Part shown: one piece after another, positions 63,042 through 64,000 of the stretch
Layout of the letters: each line of letters starts with the position of its first letter
Numbering within the stretch: the first letter of the stretch is position 1
DNA from: Clostridiaceae bacterium
GTDB taxonomy: Bacteria > Bacillota > Clostridia > TANB77 > CAG-508
Assembly: GCA_012513065.1 (NCBI GenBank)
Contig: JAAZCX010000012.1
Location: 31,938-95,937 of the forward strand
DNA length: 64,000 nt
Direction of reading: 5' to 3'
Translations under genes and position numbers: made by a program
The notes under the pieces: model-generated
The model's database searches: none
Seen by the model: the letters and a program-made list of their open reading frames with translations, nothing else
Told to the model about the DNA's origin: nothing

Positions 63042-63815
63042 TTATTTTATATTAACTCTCTCTATAGATATAGCTCGACAATTATCGTCATTTACTTCTA
63101 TAATGCATCCACTTAATATACATTTTCCATCTGCCAATTTATATCTTTCTGGTAATGATGTAACAAATCTTTTTACAGAAGCTGATACATCCATTCCAAT
63201 TACAGATTTTATTGGTCCTGTCATTCCTATATCTGTAATATAAGCTGTTCCATTTTCAGTTATTTCTTCATCTGCTGTTTGAACATGTGTATGAGTTCCA
63301 AATATTGCTGTTACTTTTCCATCTAAAAAGTATTTCATGGCTATTTTTTCTGCAGTTGCCTCAGCATGAAAATCTACAATGATATAATCAGTCTTTTGTT
63401 TTACTTCTTCTATTATATCTTCCATTTTTGTAAAAGGATTATCTGATTGTACTCCCATATCAGTTCTTCCTATTAAATTAACTACACAAATTCTCTTTTC
63501 ATTACAAGTATATATATGATATCCTCTTCCTACTACTCCTCTTGAGTAATTTGCAGGTCTATTTATTTTTTCATCGTCTATAAATGTAAATATATCTTTC
63601 TTTCCCCATGTATGATTTCCCATTGTAATAGCATCTATATTTAACATTTTTAATTCTTTATATATTGCATTTGTTATTCCCATTCCACCTGCAGAATTTT
63701 CTGCATTCACAATAACAAAGTCTATTTTTTTATCTTTTTTAATTAAAGGTAATACTTCCTTTAATTTTTTTACTCCATTTTCTCCTACTAAATCTCCTAC
63801 TGCCAATATTCTCAT
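63042..63815 (-). CDS. ymdB: YmdB-family metallophosphoesterase (2',3'-cyclic-nucleotide phosphodiesterase)
   Basis: MRILAVGDLVG...NAENSAGG...GNHTW... Confidence 0.88.
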   Translation of the reverse strand: MRILAVGDLVGENGVKKLKEVLPLIKKDKKIDFVIVNAENSAGGMGITNAIYKELKMLNIDAITMGNHTWGKKDIFTFIDDEKINRPANYSRGVVGRGYHIYTCNEKRICVVNLIGRTDMGVQSDNPFTKMEDIIEEVKQKTDYIIVDFHAEATAEKIAMKYFLDGKVTAIFGTHTHVQTADEEITENGTAYITDIGMTGPIKSVIGMDVSASVKRFVTSLPERYKLADGKCILSGCIIEVNDDNCRAISIERVNIK

Positions 63816-63945
63816 ATTAATCGCCTCTACTTTCTTTATCTATAATACTATAATTTTTTTATTTTAGCAACAATCAAATTTATTCTTAGTATATTTTTTT
63901 ATTATATGTATATAATTTATAAATATTAAAGGAGGAATAATAATT

Positions 63946-64000
63946 ATGAATATGAAAAGAGCATGTGAAATTTTAAATACTAAAAAAATATGTAATGTTT
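63946..64000 (+). CDS. start of an ORF (MNMKRACEILNTKKICNV...) that runs off the window end
   Basis: AAAGGAGG RBS 8 nt before the ATG. Confidence 0.3.
   Translation, partial: MNMKRACEILNTKKICNV

Overview
This window is an AT-rich (roughly 25-30% GC) chromosome segment from a spore-forming Firmicute, most likely Clostridium-like. Sporulation genes present are cotJA/cotJB/cotJC, spoVS, ytfJ(gerW), ytxC-like, sigH, ymdB and a ylbF-like gene. It is mostly conserved housekeeping and sporulation genes: an alpha-glucan (glycogen) cluster (glgP, GT4 synthase-like, DUF4912, GH57 branching enzyme); dprA-folD; a Y-family polymerase; the tsaE-tsaB-rimI block followed by a Lon-like AAA+ protease; tgt; the rplS-trmD-rimM-rpsP-ffh-ylxM ribosomal/SRP operon; a dTMP cluster (dCMP deaminase, folA, thyA plus a higher-GC divergent Thy1(ThyX)-fold gene); cotJABC; ychF; tRNA-Thr; sigH; rqcH; ligA; mutS; miaB; rpmE; dacA-like; scpA; recX-recA; spoVS; ymdB. 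The main observations:
- Nine single-C insertions immediately before in-frame GGA/GGT glycine codons (x[C]GG[A/T]) break eight otherwise recognisable genes: tsaE (two sites), tsaB, dprA, trmD, ffh, cotJA, toxN and vanW. Several of these are essential, so this looks like a systematic sequencing or assembly artefact rather than biology.
- A ToxN/AbiQ-family type III toxin gene sits between ligA and mutS with no recognisable ToxI repeat array upstream.
- A 423-aa RelA/SpoT-synthetase-fold protein carries a roughly 150-aa insertion.
- A GC-rich degraded secreted-protein pseudogene and an N-terminally truncated GT39-like membrane protein lie next to tRNA-Thr, which suggests an islet remnant.
- A sortase plus mini-LPXTG cassette is present.
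- LexA-box-like palindromes sit upstream of dinB and recA.
No CRISPR array, rRNA or IS element was seen.
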